Below are positions 32,726-45,835 of a stretch of DNA of 64,000 bases, piece after piece. Positions within the stretch are counted from its first letter, which is position 1. Each line of letters opens with the position of its first letter. The DNA comes from the human T2T-CHM13v2.0 reference genome, Homo sapiens: assembly GCF_009914755.1 (NCBI RefSeq), contig NC_060947.1. One strand, given 5' to 3'. A program made the position numbers and the translations under genes. A model generated the notes under the pieces. That model worked only from the letters and a program-made list of their open reading frames with translations. It ran no database searches and was not told where the DNA came from.

Positions 32726-33580
32726 ACACAAGACGTCATTTAAATTTCATGGGGATTTAGCTCTGTCACTCTGGTTTGTGGACCAAACGTCTCTAAGGCA
32801 GCATTTCTTTAAGTCGCTCTGGAGAGCATTCACACACAGAGATGCTGTCTGCAAAACAGGTTCACTTAGGTTTTTTGAAAGCTCTGAAGTCTGACAGGAA
32901 ATTAACCTGTGTACTTGTATGCAACCTAGCATTCCCCAAACTTACCTGACCAGAGAAGCCTTTTTTTTTTCTTCCGGTTACAGCAATTCCTAGAAACACT
33001 TTGAGTAATGCTGCTTTAAAGAAAACAGTTGGTCTCAAATAATCATGGTATTTTAACATCAGGGACCTAGCAGAAATTGTTCCTGCTTTTAGTCATCTTT
33101 TTCTTTTTTAGAGGACAGCCTTTGGTGGTTCAAGCATCCATTTGAGGAAAGCAAATGGCCTGTTGCATGCTGCCTCCTCCTACTTCATAAAGTGACTGAC
33201 AGCTGTCAACAGGCTTCATTCAGCAGCTTTGTATTAATGTTGTCTGGATCCTCTGTAACAGGTTTTTATTATCAGGATATAAAGAATAGATAAACCAACT
33301 AAGTTTGAATTATCTTGCTGCCTACCTGACTTCCAATGAAAATTTTTTCTTCAGTTCCTTCATGATAAATTAAGGATCATTAAGCATTACAAGAATCATT
33401 TCTATGCCTTTCCTACCTGGTTAGTCGCTGCAGTGGGGATGCAAAAGCAGAAAGAAATGCTCTTACTGGCATCTGGAAAGACACTTTTTGCTCTGCATTT
33501 TTGGAAGTACAAAAGGTAATGAGTTAGTTTAAAGGAAACTTTGAATTAGTTTAGCATGTAATCTATAAAAGGTATCAAAA

Positions 33581-33922
<342 letters not shown>

Positions 33923-34046
33923 TCATATGACTTAAATTTGATGAATGGCACTAGTGGCTTGAACTTCAAGAGAATTCATTAATACCCTATATCTAATAGT
34001 CTTAAAATACATTTAGTACAAAACCCAAATTTTTCTCTTAAACAGG

Positions 34047-34052
34047 TTTATT
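34047..34052 (-). terminator. CMC4 polyadenylation signal
   Basis: tttatt on + strand (AATAAA on -), about 200 nt after the CMC4 stop. Confidence 0.65.
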
Positions 34053-34250
34053 TTAGCAGCTCAGTATATTACATTCTACATATTTGTCTTTTAATGTGTT
34101 TATATTTCTGCCTGTTCTGCATAGATGGCATATTCATTAACTTTTGTAGCTGACTTTTTCATTTGCTATTTGCTGCTACCTGGCCTGAAGAGTCAGGAGG
34201 ATAAAAAAAATTCATTTGGTGGAAACATGGAGCAGCACTTCAGAAGAACT

Positions 34251-34399
34251 TTACTTTGATGCAGACTTCCGTGTTAGGTTTTCTTCCTCTTCTTTTTCAA
34301 ATCCTGAACAGACGACAGATCTTCCCTTGGGATACTGAGCACAACACTTACGCAGTTCTTGGATGACAGCCTGACACTTTGATTCCATGTAGCTGTTGG
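34251..34399 (-). CDS. CMC4: CMC4 (p8 MTCP1, Cx9C motif protein 4) last coding exon
   Basis: Reverse complement tttttcag|CC AAC AGC TAC ATG ... TCA AAG TAA; (A)NSYMESKCQAVIQELRKCCAQYPKGRSVVCSGFEKEEEENLTRKSASK*. Confidence 0.96.
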
Positions 34400-36373
34400 C
34401 TGAAAAACATACAGGCAGACTCTAGTCATGATCTCATAGGACTAAGGTACAGGGAGGTTTAGATCAGTGCTTCCCACCCCTTTTCACTTTCAGTACCTAT
34501 GGAACTGGAAGAAAGAAGATATACCAAAGTCCACTGAATTCTTTCTAATTTAGAGACCTGTCGACAGGTTCGTTAGGGAAAGTATGATTTACAAAGTGGT
34601 TGAAAGCTATTTTAATATATAATTTCCTTTAAGGTTAATAGCATGTATGCACCTTTTTCTAGGACATTGGTTTTTAACATCATTTTTATTACTGGTCACT
34701 AATTTGATGAATTAGGAAAATGCACATACACCACACATTATTTTGCATACAGTTTAAGCTGATTGTTGGACCTCCCCTACTAAGGCTGTGCATCAGGAAT
34801 TGGCAAACTGCAGCCTTAGGGTCAAATTCAGCCGGTTTTTACAGCTGGGAGCTAAAAATGGATTTTAATTTTTAAAGGGTTGTAAACACACAACACATAC
34901 ACAATATATACAACAAAGGCCTTTGGCCTCCAAAGCCTAAAATATTACTTGTTTGGCCTTTTTCATAAAACATTTGCAGATCCCTACTATACATAAACAC
35001 TAAGTTAAGGAGGACCTGACCTAAAGACTCTAGGTCAGCTGCAGTTAATGAGTCCCCCAGTACTAAAATGGAGTACATGGTAGTTAGCTCAGGATAGGAA
35101 AGACAATTCTGATTAGAAAGGCAGTATAGCAAGGTGGGTAACAGTCCAGATTTGGAGCTAGACCAAGGGCGGGGTTGGCGGGGGGTGTTCAAATTCCCAC
35201 CATACCTCTTACTAGCTATGTGACCCTAGTCAAATTACATAACTTGTGTGTCTGTTTTCCCCTTTATGAAATGGGGGTCATAGTAGCATCTACCTCATGG
35301 ATGAAAGGCTTAATACGTATAAAGTCCTTATAACGGTGCTTGTCATCTTTTAGTCTTTCCAGTTCTTAATCCTCCCACACTGCCAAGGGGGTGTCACCAG
35401 CTCTTTTTAACTTATTTTTTTCCCTTAGCTATGGGTTATTTCAAACAAGGTAAGGTTTTATTTGGGAGAAGGAATTAAATGCAAAAAACTTTTTCCTTTT
35501 CCTTAAAGTTGGAGGGAAGAAGTTTGACTAAAATGGCATTATTATACATCCAGATTTTAATCTAAAAGATTTTATAAAATATTGCTAACATCAAAAAATG
35601 AAAAGTCCAAGAATGAAAGCTAAAAGTCCAAGGAGATACACAAACAAAGGATTTCTTTGGTGGTGAATCTTTGGGGGAACTCTGAACATTTTTCCTTCAT
35701 ACCTTTCTATATTTTCATGACCTTCCATCTCCATCTATTACTTTACTAGTGAGGAAAACTTATTAAAATTTTTTCAAATTCAGATAGCCTTATAGCTTTT
35801 TCTATTTGCTCTTCTGGCAACAGTCATTCACTGATTAGAAAACTAAAATCCTCTAACATTTGGTCAAACTTAGCAGCTGGACAAATGGACAAATCACCTC
35901 AAATATGCTTTAGTCGAGATTCACTTCTGCCTTTAAGAGTTAGTTGATGACTTTGGCAGCCTGAATTCCAATTGTTATTTCAACCGCACCTCTTCCAGAT
36001 TGCTTTTAAAAAGTGAATTGTCAGCTGCAGTGAAGTATAACCAACCAATTTAAAACTAGCCTTTTAGTAAAAACAAACAACAACAACAAAAAACCCTTTT
36101 TTTCCTAGCCCTAGCCCTAGGAAGTCTGAATTGTTCTAGGTAAGTGTTTAAAGATCTCCAGGTGATGCTAATCACCTGGAGTGAAAACCCCTAGCTTTGA
36201 TCACATTACTTTTTATTTTCTGCATCTTTGATGATACAATGAAGAGAATCTTCAGGATAATTACATATACGTTACATTCTTAAAAAAGAGTTAATACAGA
36301 TAAAAGAATAATTGGTCTCTTATAGTTAGTTCACAGTGGAAAAATATTTTTAAAGCATTTTACAATATACTAC

Positions 36374-36431
36374 CTTGTAAACATTTCTGTATCTCACAGG
36401 CTTGCTTCTGGCACGGATCCTTCTGCGGCAT
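36374..36431 (-). CDS. CMC4: CMC4 first coding exon (exon begins at 36441)
   Basis: ttttag|TTTTCTGGAT ATG CCG CAG AAG ... CAA G|gtagta; MPQKDPCQKQACEIQKCLQ; 58+149 nt = 68 aa + stop; Cx9C motifs. Confidence 0.96.
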
Positions 36432-37897
36432 ATCCAGAAAACTAAAACAAGAAAAATGATTTTTATTTTTCTTTTTTCCATAAAGACTTTAAAGCCCCTC
36501 TACGTGGAATTTTCTTCTGAGACAAGCAGTATATGCCCTTACAATTGCTGGAAAATAATTACACTAAAAATACTCTTCCCAAACATAGGATGAATCAACT
36601 GTATTTTTATAATATCCATTTCATTAGGCTTGGAAGATATAAATAGCTTTACATGGAAAAAAAACCTTGAATTCAATCAACTCTTTTTGAATACTGTAAA
36701 CCAACGTTAGGCTAGAGGAGCCGACGGCGCAGCCTGGCTCTATCATTCGCAGAAGAAACCCTTGATAAATGATTAAACTCCTTGAGCTTTTTTTATTACT
36801 CATATATAAAATGGGAATCATACCTACCTCAAAGCATTGACAGGAGGATTAAATGTGATAAAGTATATAAAGTACATACAATAGTGCCTGGAAAGGACTC
36901 CAATACATGGTAGCTATTATTCCCAAGACTTTTTTTTTTAAAGTAAAACCTTACTTTTAATGTATATAAACTGTTATAACTACTTTAACTCAGGAAATTC
37001 TTTACAAGTAGTAAATGTTTTCCTAGGAATCAGCAATATTTGGTGTTATTACTTCCTGAGAAAGGTGCCAGTTAAGCAGCTAAAATGGTTTTTCTTGAAG
37101 TTCTTATAGAAACCAGCTTATTTAAAATATCTGTAATCAGAGAATGAATTCAAGAGCCCACAATTTTGATCAGCAACTTCCAGTAATTTGAAGACACGAT
37201 TTCAGATAGAAAAAAAGGCCCACAAGCCTTTGTAGCTAATTTCATCAATGCATATCTCTTTTCAGAGCCCTCTAAATACTCAGCAGATCCAAATTAGGTC
37301 AGTACTGGGATGGGAAACACTGGAGCAAAACCTAGGATATTTACAGGATGGGAGAAGGAAAGGCAGGTGAATTGCTGCAGGGCAAATAAGCGACAAATAG
37401 ATGTTGATGCTGCTAGGAGCTGCTCTCTTCTCTCTAAATCAGTACCAAGTCCTTGGTGATCAGGGCATCTGTTCTGTAGAAGGTGCTGACTTTTGTGGGA
37501 TTCATCAGATCCCAGGTCCAGCCGATGATGTCCATTAAGGGTTCTATGGCAATTTCCAAAGGAGTCAATTTCAAGTTACGGATCCTGACTAAGTGCTTTT
37601 GTTGACTTGCTTTCTGCCTACGTAACCTCTCTCTGCAGTTTCACTTGCAGTATTCTTCATGACCCTTGCTAAACTTCTGTTTCTTGAGCAGTTTTTCAAC
37701 CCACTCCCTCCCCCCAGGCCCAAGGGTGGGTGCACTGCAGTAGTGGATGAAGTGATTGCCAAATACTGAACAGAACAAAGGAGCATATCTTCGTAGAATC
37801 CCAGCACCTGGAAAAAAAAATCATTAAAATCACCACAACTGAATAGAGCCAAAACAAAGAGGGGGAGGACAGAGGAGAAATAGAAATACATACCAGG

Positions 37898-37945
37898 TTA
37901 GTCATCAGGCAAAAGCTTAAGCAACAGCTCCTGTACTCCCCTGAC
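37898..37945 (-). CDS. MTCP1: MTCP1 p13 last coding exon
   Basis: ctgacag|GTC AGG GGA ... GAT GAC TAA; VRGVQELLLKLLPDD*. Confidence 0.95.
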   Translation of the reverse strand, partial: VRGVQELLLKLLPDD

Positions 37946-38026
37946 CTGTCAGAAAAAGAAAAGTTTATGGAGTACTCTGTTACGAGAGTCCCAGTACAAT
38001 GGAAAATAATTAAGCAACATGTGTAC

Positions 38027-38197
38027 CATTAAATGATGCTGTATCTGCCACAAGCGAGAGTTGTTATCCATGTAGCGCTCCTCCGGGTAGAGTTGCCACA
38101 TGAGAGGTAGCTGGGAGGTAAGAAGGTGACTTGGCCTAGCTGCGTCACCTAAGGGAACCTGAATTTGCTGGACTCGTGCCCTTAGGAAACTCGTCTC
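38027..38197 (-). CDS. MTCP1: MTCP1 p13 middle coding exon
   Basis: ccattag|GAG ACG AGT ... TTA ATG|gtacac; ETSFLRARVQQIQVPLGDAARPSHLLTSQLPLMWQLYPEERYMDNNSRLWQIQHHLM (TCL1-family LPxMWQLYP motif). Confidence 0.96.
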
Positions 38198-38313
38198 CTA
38201 ATGGAAAGGAATGATCAAAAATAAAACCAAAGACTTCAGAATATTGAGACTGGAATAGAAACCAAGTTACTTGAAAGCAAAATCAAAGAAATAAGCAAAA
38301 TGTAAACAGTTAC

Positions 38314-38418
38314 CTCTTCCACGACGGCCACCCACGTGCGCTGGTATTCGTCGCGGTAGATACCCTCTTGGTGAACCCAGAGGTGATCGGGTGGAGCCCC
38401 CACATCCTCTCCTGCCAT
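38314..38418 (-). CDS. MTCP1: MTCP1 p13 first coding exon (acceptor probably at 38465)
   Basis: ORF track MAGEDVGAPPDHLWVHQEGIYRDEYQRTWVAVVEE then |gtaact donor; three exons total 107 aa. Confidence 0.96.
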
Positions 38419-41400
38419 TCTGGGCTTTGGGTTCCAATTCTAGCCCTGCTTTTCTCCACCTAAGCCTGCAGCACCCGCGCACAGGACACAGGTGTGACTT
38501 TTTGGGTTTGAATGAACTCACCAGTAAGCAAGGTGATCTGGTACTAGCAACCACTAACCAGAACCAAACCTCATATGTCTATTTGCACAACCTAAATAGA
38601 ACCAAGGACATCTGAAGCTTTCTGCAAGACAACTAAAGTGACACTCAGGCAGAGCCTCAGGTAGTGCTGCTGACTGCAAAGCGCTCAAGAATTTGGCTAG
38701 GTGAGGAGTTCTGTGGAAATGTAGGACTAGCACTACAGGAAGCTGGGCAGTGGTCTCACACATACTGCATTCACAAGCAGTGTCTGGCAAAATGTAGTTA
38801 GCAATAGAATATGCAAAGAGCGTGCCTAAAGACACACTTATTTTGGCAGGAAGGCAGTATAACAGACACATGCATGTCATATTCCCCAGGTAAAAGCCAC
38901 TTCCAAGCAGTTTCCATTTTAAAAGGTAAGATTCTGAAGGACATATATGCATGTCTTTCAGAGTTGAAATTAAAAGTTTGTTTTAAGGGCAAATGATCTA
39001 TTTATCAGTTTACTAAGAAAGTTTACAAATAGCGGATGGGCATTTCTAGAAGGGGATTTTCTTGTTAGGAAAAGTAAGCTAGCTTCATGGAATTTCTGAG
39101 CTGCAAGAGACTTTGGGGATCATGCTGATTTGGAGCTGAGTGAGTGCAAATGAAAGTTATCCATCTAGGTCCTTGTTTTATTTTAATAATTCTGCAGGAT
39201 GTTACAGGAGCCCATTTTTCCATAGAGGACTAGGTTTAAATTTTGACTTCCTAAGCCAGAAGACCAGAAGCACATTTGAGAGGTGTAAAGGAAGCATACC
39301 TCCCAAAGCATTTGAGTGGTAGGGCAAACTCTATAACGATCCTCTGCCCAAGCCCCAGATATCATTTCAGGACCTCACAATAACTTGATGTGCATTTTGC
39401 ATGAGTCAATCTTCTAGACCTTACTCAGAGCATTATAGCGCAGTTGTACTGTATTTCTACCTTTGGCCAGAGTATAGATACGGCACTGGGGAGCTGCCCC
39501 TCAAAACAAAGACCTGCTATTCTCATTAGGTGGGAAAAGAAATGCAGCGTGGGAGGGTGGTTGTTAGAGTCCTCAAAGTGAGACTGTCGAGAGCAACCAG
39601 ATGCTTCACCCATTATACCCTGAGTGCATCTGACTCTGAGCCTGGTGTAAGCTCCTGTCTTAGTTTTCATACATATGTGCTCTCTCATTTCAAACTCGTC
39701 TAAACTTTCTCTTTAACCAAATCCTGATTTCTCTCAATGGCAACACCACCATTCCTGATCCTGCAGACTCAAAACTTATGAATTATCTTGGATTTCTTCC
39801 TCTTATTCAGTTGCTACATCCTATATGTCACCAATTCCAGCAGGCACTACAACTACCACTGCAGTTGAGACCAACTTTCCCCAAATACCAGGCTCATTTC
39901 TAGCTCCATACCCTTGCTCTTGTTTTCCACTTGCCTAAAATGCCTCCCTGGGCCTCTCTGCCTATCTTAGTGCTATTATAGCAGAGTCCAGGTGCCTGCC
40001 TCCTCTATGAAAACTTTAGAAAATTCTTGCCTCTTTTGACTACTGTAGCATTTATATTTAAACAAAGTCACCTTACACATTTGCTTTGCTTATTTCACAA
40101 GTCCTGTCTTCCCTAAAGCACAGTATTGTATTCTGCTCAATAGCAGGAATGATACAGTTCTGGGCACCCCAAGTCTCAGGTACTGGTCAAGCAATGTTTC
40201 AGTGAACAGGTGTATATGTATGGTGGGTAGGGAAGGGAAACAAAGGAACGCCACAGTGGTTGTCATGATTGGCTATGTATACGTGGGTAGAGATTGATTC
40301 TCTAGGCATAAGCCTCTGGCTATATATAATTTTTTTCCAAAGCCCCCCTTTTTTCCCATTTGCAGATACAGTTGTTTTGCCTCTCTTCCTTCCCAGAGCT
40401 TTGGAAAAGAGAAATACAAATAAAAACCTGGTAAATACTAATGTCAAAATAAAATATATTAAATTCGGATTTCAAGCACAGAAGACTTAAGTGTGGCCAA
40501 TAACTGTTTTAAAAAAGTGGAAACCATGTGTTAAGGGTTTCAGGACCATCTCAATTTCATAGATAGGTCCTAGCAACAACCAACATGTTGACATTTAAAT
40601 TTGTTTTGAATGGAAAACAAAATTGCATTGGTTATATTGACATTAAAAGGAAATAATGCCAGTGGAATAGAGGGCAAAGAGTTTGGAGATGATGGTCTGA
40701 GTTACTGAGTCACTACAAAGAGGCCTATGAGTCACTACAAAATATTCTCAGAAGAAAGGCAGTGTGATGTGCTGCTGTGACCCAAAGGTCAACATGCTGG
40801 GCATCAGCGGGATGAGCTTGGGAACCACCTCTCAGCACAGTATCCTGGAATTGTGTGTGCTAGCATTCAGAGGGCATGCAGGCCCAGAGAAAGACAACTG
40901 CAGTGATCAAGGGACAGAGAAGTCACCATATGAGCATGAACAAAGTCCTCAGCAGAGAAATGCAAAGGCTGAGGGAGAGGGATTCAGATCAAAGCCTATA
41001 CAATCACAGGTTTTATGAGTGGAAAAATGTGATTCTTAGAAAACTTGCTCCCAACATTTTCCTTGGTCAAATAAGTTTGGGAATCTTGGAGAGTCATAAA
41101 GCACATTAGTGTAGTAACTGTTCTGGCAAGTTATGCAGTAAAGAAACTTTATGTTAACATTTCCCAAATTTATTTGACTAGAGAACATTTTATTTGCACA
41201 TGATACTTGTTTACAAAATTCAGGACTTCTCGAACTAAGACGAATCTTTTAAAACCTCAACATAGACTTAGGTACAAGGTGCAATACAATACATGGAATA
41301 TAAACTTGTGCAACTCAACTCAAGGAATACTGCCAGCTACAAATACAAATGAATTCCAAAAATGTTTAGATAACTGCATAACTTTATCATCCACTAGAAG

Positions 41401-41739
41401 AGATTGTCCCCATGAGGGTCACCTTGATTTCGGGGCCAGAGAGCACACTGGCCAAGACAGACAATTTCTTAGTAAGGCATTTTGTAAATTAGGTTTTAAA
41501 TGGATGACATATAAGATAGAAGGGCTTCCTTAGGTAGTAATCTAAGTAAAACTATCATTTTTCCTTTACAGAATAAATTCTTTTGTGTCTTTTTTAAAAA
41601 AGTATAGTTTGCTTTAATTGCCAGGTTGATGAACAGTTTTTAAACATTGATCAGTTGAATACACTTATTTTATTAGAAGTCAATTAATAAACTCGTCCAA
41701 TTACAATGAGTGAAATTACCAAGAACACAGGCCCAGGCC

Positions 41740-42110
41740 TGTGTATGAGTCCTGAGTCTGTCACTTACTAGCTTTGTGACCTTGGACAAGTTAACGTCTC
41801 TCCACCTCAGTTTCCTGAGGTGTAAAATGAGAATTAAAGAACATATTAATCATGATAGTCTTTATTTAGCATTTCCTATATGTTTACATATATTGACTCA
41901 TTTAATTTTCACAATCTTCATAGGGCGCTATGAGGTGGGCAGAATTATTATCATCCCCACTTAAAGGTGAGGAAAAGAAAGGCACAGAGAAGTTAGGTAA
42001 CTTGCTCAAGGTCACACAGTGGGGAAGTTGTTGAGCTTGACTCCAAATGGGGCAGTTTACATGTACCAGGCATATAAATGCTTAGTATCTAGCATATAAT
42101 AAGCTTGCCA
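41740..42110. mobile_element. MIR elements
   Basis: gtgaccttggacaagttaac..ctcagtttcct..tgtaaaatg and the opposite-strand core gcacagagaagttaggtaacttgctcaaggtcacacag. Confidence 0.75.
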
Positions 42111-43101
42111 TAAATGTTAATAATTTTGTTCTACTCCAGTTAAATGCCTGGAGCTGTAAAAGGCAGCCATGAGCATTAGAAAAGTTAGTGAACCTCATTC
42201 TGGAATATGAGATTGACTACCGCCGATAACAAACAAAAGGTATTTTTCTTCTTGAAAGTGCCTAAAGGCACTATATCCCATCACCAAATGTTAATGTCAT
42301 AATAATAAGAACAGCCGTTCCTGCTCCATGAGGACGGGGCATACTAGCCACAAACAGTAACTGAAAATAACATATGATATAAAATTGAAACAAGAGAAAA
42401 TTTAGACAGGTCCAATGTAACTGCACACGAAAATTTTCCAACCTTCATCATGATCAAATTAATTATAGAAAGATGTGCCATGTGATCCTTACAGATCGTT
42501 AGGTAAAAACGGAGGCTGCTGGCGTGCACATTACAGATCGTTGCACTGGATGGGGACCCTATGTGTGGGGAGACTTGGGTTGGAACTGACTTGGGAGAAA
42601 AGAGCAAAGCATCAACACTTCAAGTAGCACCTTGGGAATGTTCCCTTTCCAGTACTGCCATACCTGCCTGGCTTCAAAACTACACAAAGTAGAAAACCAA
42701 ATCAAAGACACGAACACGGACGGGCTGTGGAGGCGGCACGGCATATATTGTGCTTTGATTTAGAATCGCTTTCAAAATCCACGTGTGATTCCTAGACTTG
42801 TGAGTTGGAAGATCTGTACTTTTATCCTTGGCACGTTTGACATACCTCGAAATAAAAATTACTTTTACATATATTTTTACTGTCTGATATCATCGAGACA
42901 AGGAGACCCGAGGAAACTTGCATTCTGGATACCTAATGTGATACATCCGAACTTGAATAAAAACTGAAGTTCTCCATTTCCCCTTCCCTGTATCCAACAA
43001 ATAGCTACCTAAAAGCCTTTGTAGAAAGTAGCAGCAGCCAAGCTTAAGAGTGATACTTTTTCAGATACAGTATAACACTGTTTCTGCAAAAGGTTACTCA
43101 C

Positions 43102-43540
43102 ATGAATATAATGTTTCTTGGGCTAATTAATCCGCCTTGAGAACAGCTAGGCTAAAACTTCCAGGTCTCCCACCCTGGGCCACTCAAGCCAGGATCGCGA
43201 CGTGAGCCCGGGGTGAGCCGAGGGGCATCCCGGGCCGAGGTCACTCGAACCGAAGTTATGAGGCGCGGGCCGGCAACCGGAAGTGGTCCAGGGAGAGTTG
43301 TACGAGATTCGGGGGCTGTGACTTGGAAATAAAACAAAATAAAATAAAACCTTAACTGTTTTGGGACTGACTTTCAAAAGAGCGTCCCCCTGGCTCAAGA
43401 GGCCGGCGTTCGCGGAGATGTCGTCTTAAAGGGCTGTCCCCCAAGCGTGTAGGCCGCGCACGGGTCTCCTTAGCGGGCGGGCAAAATGGGCGCCGGTACT
43501 CGGGAGGCGCCTGCCCAGGCGCCCGGGCGCCGCTCACAGA
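43102..43540 (-). other. Probable shared non-coding exon 1 of MTCP1/CMC4 (5' end approximate)
   Basis: Strong minus-strand donor CAT|gtgagtaa at 43102/43101 at the edge of the CpG island; a shared first exon is established knowledge for this locus. Confidence 0.6.
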
Positions 43541-44460
43541 GTACGTCCGCCTGCGGCCCCAGAGCGCCGCCTCCCTGCCGCCCCCGCCGCCCGGCCTGAC
43601 GCCCGGACCGCGGCCGGCCACCGCCCTCCGCCCCGACGGCCACGCCTGCCCCAAACCGCGCGGGCGTTTCCCAGGTGCTGCTGGGCGGGCCCCGCCCCCG
43701 TGCCCCAAGGCCCGCCCCCGCGCGCCAGCCGCGCGCCCGCTGCCCCCTCCTCGCCCCCACAGCCCCGCCCCCACAGCCCCGCCCGCTCCCTAAGCCCCGC
43801 CCCCTAGGAACCCGCGCGCCGAAGGCCAGGCCTGGGCGGAGCGCACAGCGCTGGGCGCTGGGGAGGCTGCGCCGCAGCACCCGGTTGGTCAGGACCAAGT
43901 GGGCCCGAGGCGGACGTGAGAAGGGTCGGGCCAAGATGGCGGTGCAGGTGGTGCAGGCGGTGCAGGCGGTTCATCTCGAGTCTGACGCTTTCCTCGTTTG
44001 TCTCAACCACGCTCTGAGCACAGAGAAGGAGGAAGTAATGGGGCTGTGCATAGGGGAGGTGAGTAGGTCTGTTAGCCTGGATGGAACCCTGCTGAGCAGT
44101 CCCAGTGTGTCCCCGGGGTGGGTGCCGGCAGCTCCCAGGGCTGCGGAGGCCACAGGCATCCTCGATTTAGGTCCTTGGACACCCTTTACATAGCTCTGTC
44201 GCGGGGAGCCCCGTTTCTTCTGGCCGCCTGACACTTGTTTAGTCTCCTGCGAGCCCCCGGCGGTCTGTACAGGCCCCGGGAGCCTTGCCCTTTCTCCTGT
44301 AGCCTGGGGCTTCTCTTTAGATCTGCGCTTTTCGCCCGGTTGACCAAAACTGCAAGGCAGGTCAGAAAGACACTGGAGTATAATGAGGATGTCCGGGTAT
44401 TACGACGCAGCAGCTGACCACAGTTAGAGCCCCTTGCCTCGCCTCGAGTCTTCTGTCTAG
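43180..44460. promoter_or_regulatory. CpG island / bidirectional promoter MTCP1-CMC4 <> BRCC3
   Basis: Very high GC and CpG density; many GC boxes (CCCCGCCCC); ETS ACCGGAAGTG at 43276-43285; YY1-like CAAGATGGCGG over the BRCC3 ATG; head-to-head genes. Confidence 0.92.
43936..44058 (+). CDS. BRCC3: BRCC3 (BRCC36, JAMM/MPN+ K63 deubiquitinase) coding exon 1
   Basis: aagATGG Kozak; MAVQVVQAVQAVHLESDAFLVCLNHALSTEKEEVMGLCIGE|gtgagt. Confidence 0.97.
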
Positions 44461-44730
44461 GGAGCAGAGATATCAACCAAAGCATTTGAAGGGTATCGAA
44501 GAGCCTAACAGAAGGTGCGGGGCTTGAAGGAAGCAAAAGTTTCCGCTGCATTGTGTTGAGGAGGGGCCGAAGAGGATGAGGAAATACAGTTTAGCTGTTT
44601 ACAGTCTAAAGTAATTCTCCAGTCTTTCATACCATGTGCGTGAACACATGACCTAATTGTCATATAATCTGCATCCATATATGTCAAACGTAATGTGATC
44701 AATAATGTTTTTTGCTTTTTCCCACTCTAG

Positions 44731-44747
44731 TTGAACGATGATACAAG
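44731..44747 (+). CDS. BRCC3: BRCC3 exon 2 (17-nt microexon)
   Basis: cccactctag|TTG AAC GAT GAT ACA AG|gtaaga; LNDDT(R). Confidence 0.9.
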
Positions 44748-44852
44748 GTAAGACTGTATTTGTTTACTCATATCTTATAATCTCTAAGTCATTGTTAACC
44801 TAAAATTATGGCGACTTTGGCAGTATTGTGTCCGGATCGTGTCTTAAATTAA

Positions 44853-45262
<410 letters not shown>

Positions 45263-45780
45263 TGCTCAGTGTATTTCATGTTCTGTCTCCCCTTAAATGC
45301 CAGTGAGATATCAGTAATTTTCTTAGTGACAGAGAGCATATACGTTTAGAGGCATTTCCCCATTGATCCATTCCTTCACGTAAATTGACAGTGACATTGC
45401 CTTTCCTCCTGATGGACCTCAGTGATCTCAGAGATCCCCAGTAGCTTCAATACTTGACGTGGTGAAACCTTTCGGTAACATTTTAATTTAAACTTCAAAT
45501 CATACCATAGTATACTTCTCAAGCCCACCTCCTTAGTTCCCAGGATTCCAGGAATTTAGCTTTGTCCATTATAACTTTATACACTCAGCCACTTGTGCAT
45601 GTGTCCCAGATTGCTTCTAACAGATAGAGTGCAGCTCTAGCCTCAATTCAGTTTCCCTCCTCTTCTTTGGTCTCTGCTAAGATTTCATTGCAAAAACAGT
45701 TAATCCTGTTATTTTGCTTTAATTCCTTTTTATATTCCAAACCCCACTTCCTTTTTTTTTTTCTAATTTATTCCCAGTAG

Positions 45781-45835
45781 GAGTGACTCCAAATTTGCAT
45801 ATACTGGAACTGAAATGCGCACAGTTGCTGAAAAG
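45781..45835 (+). CDS. BRCC3: BRCC3 exon 3 (NAGNAG acceptor; alternative start 45778)
   Basis: cccagtag|G AGT GAC ... GAA AAG|gtatgt; SDSKFAYTGTEMRTVAEK. Confidence 0.92.

Noticed and set aside
37589-37891. 100-aa minus ORF after MTCP1 as a possible third protein
   Set aside because: Its ATG lies in the splice donor (gtatgt) of the 3' UTR intron, and there is no recognisable homology.
43675-44193. 172-aa ORF suggesting an N-terminally extended BRCC3
   Set aside because: It starts at GTG in GC-rich promoter DNA and runs through the exon 1 donor; the ATG at 43936 has good Kozak context and matches known BRCC36.
43147-44551. Several overlapping Arg/Gly/Pro-rich ORFs on both strands
   Set aside because: Expected from stop-codon depletion in a CpG island.
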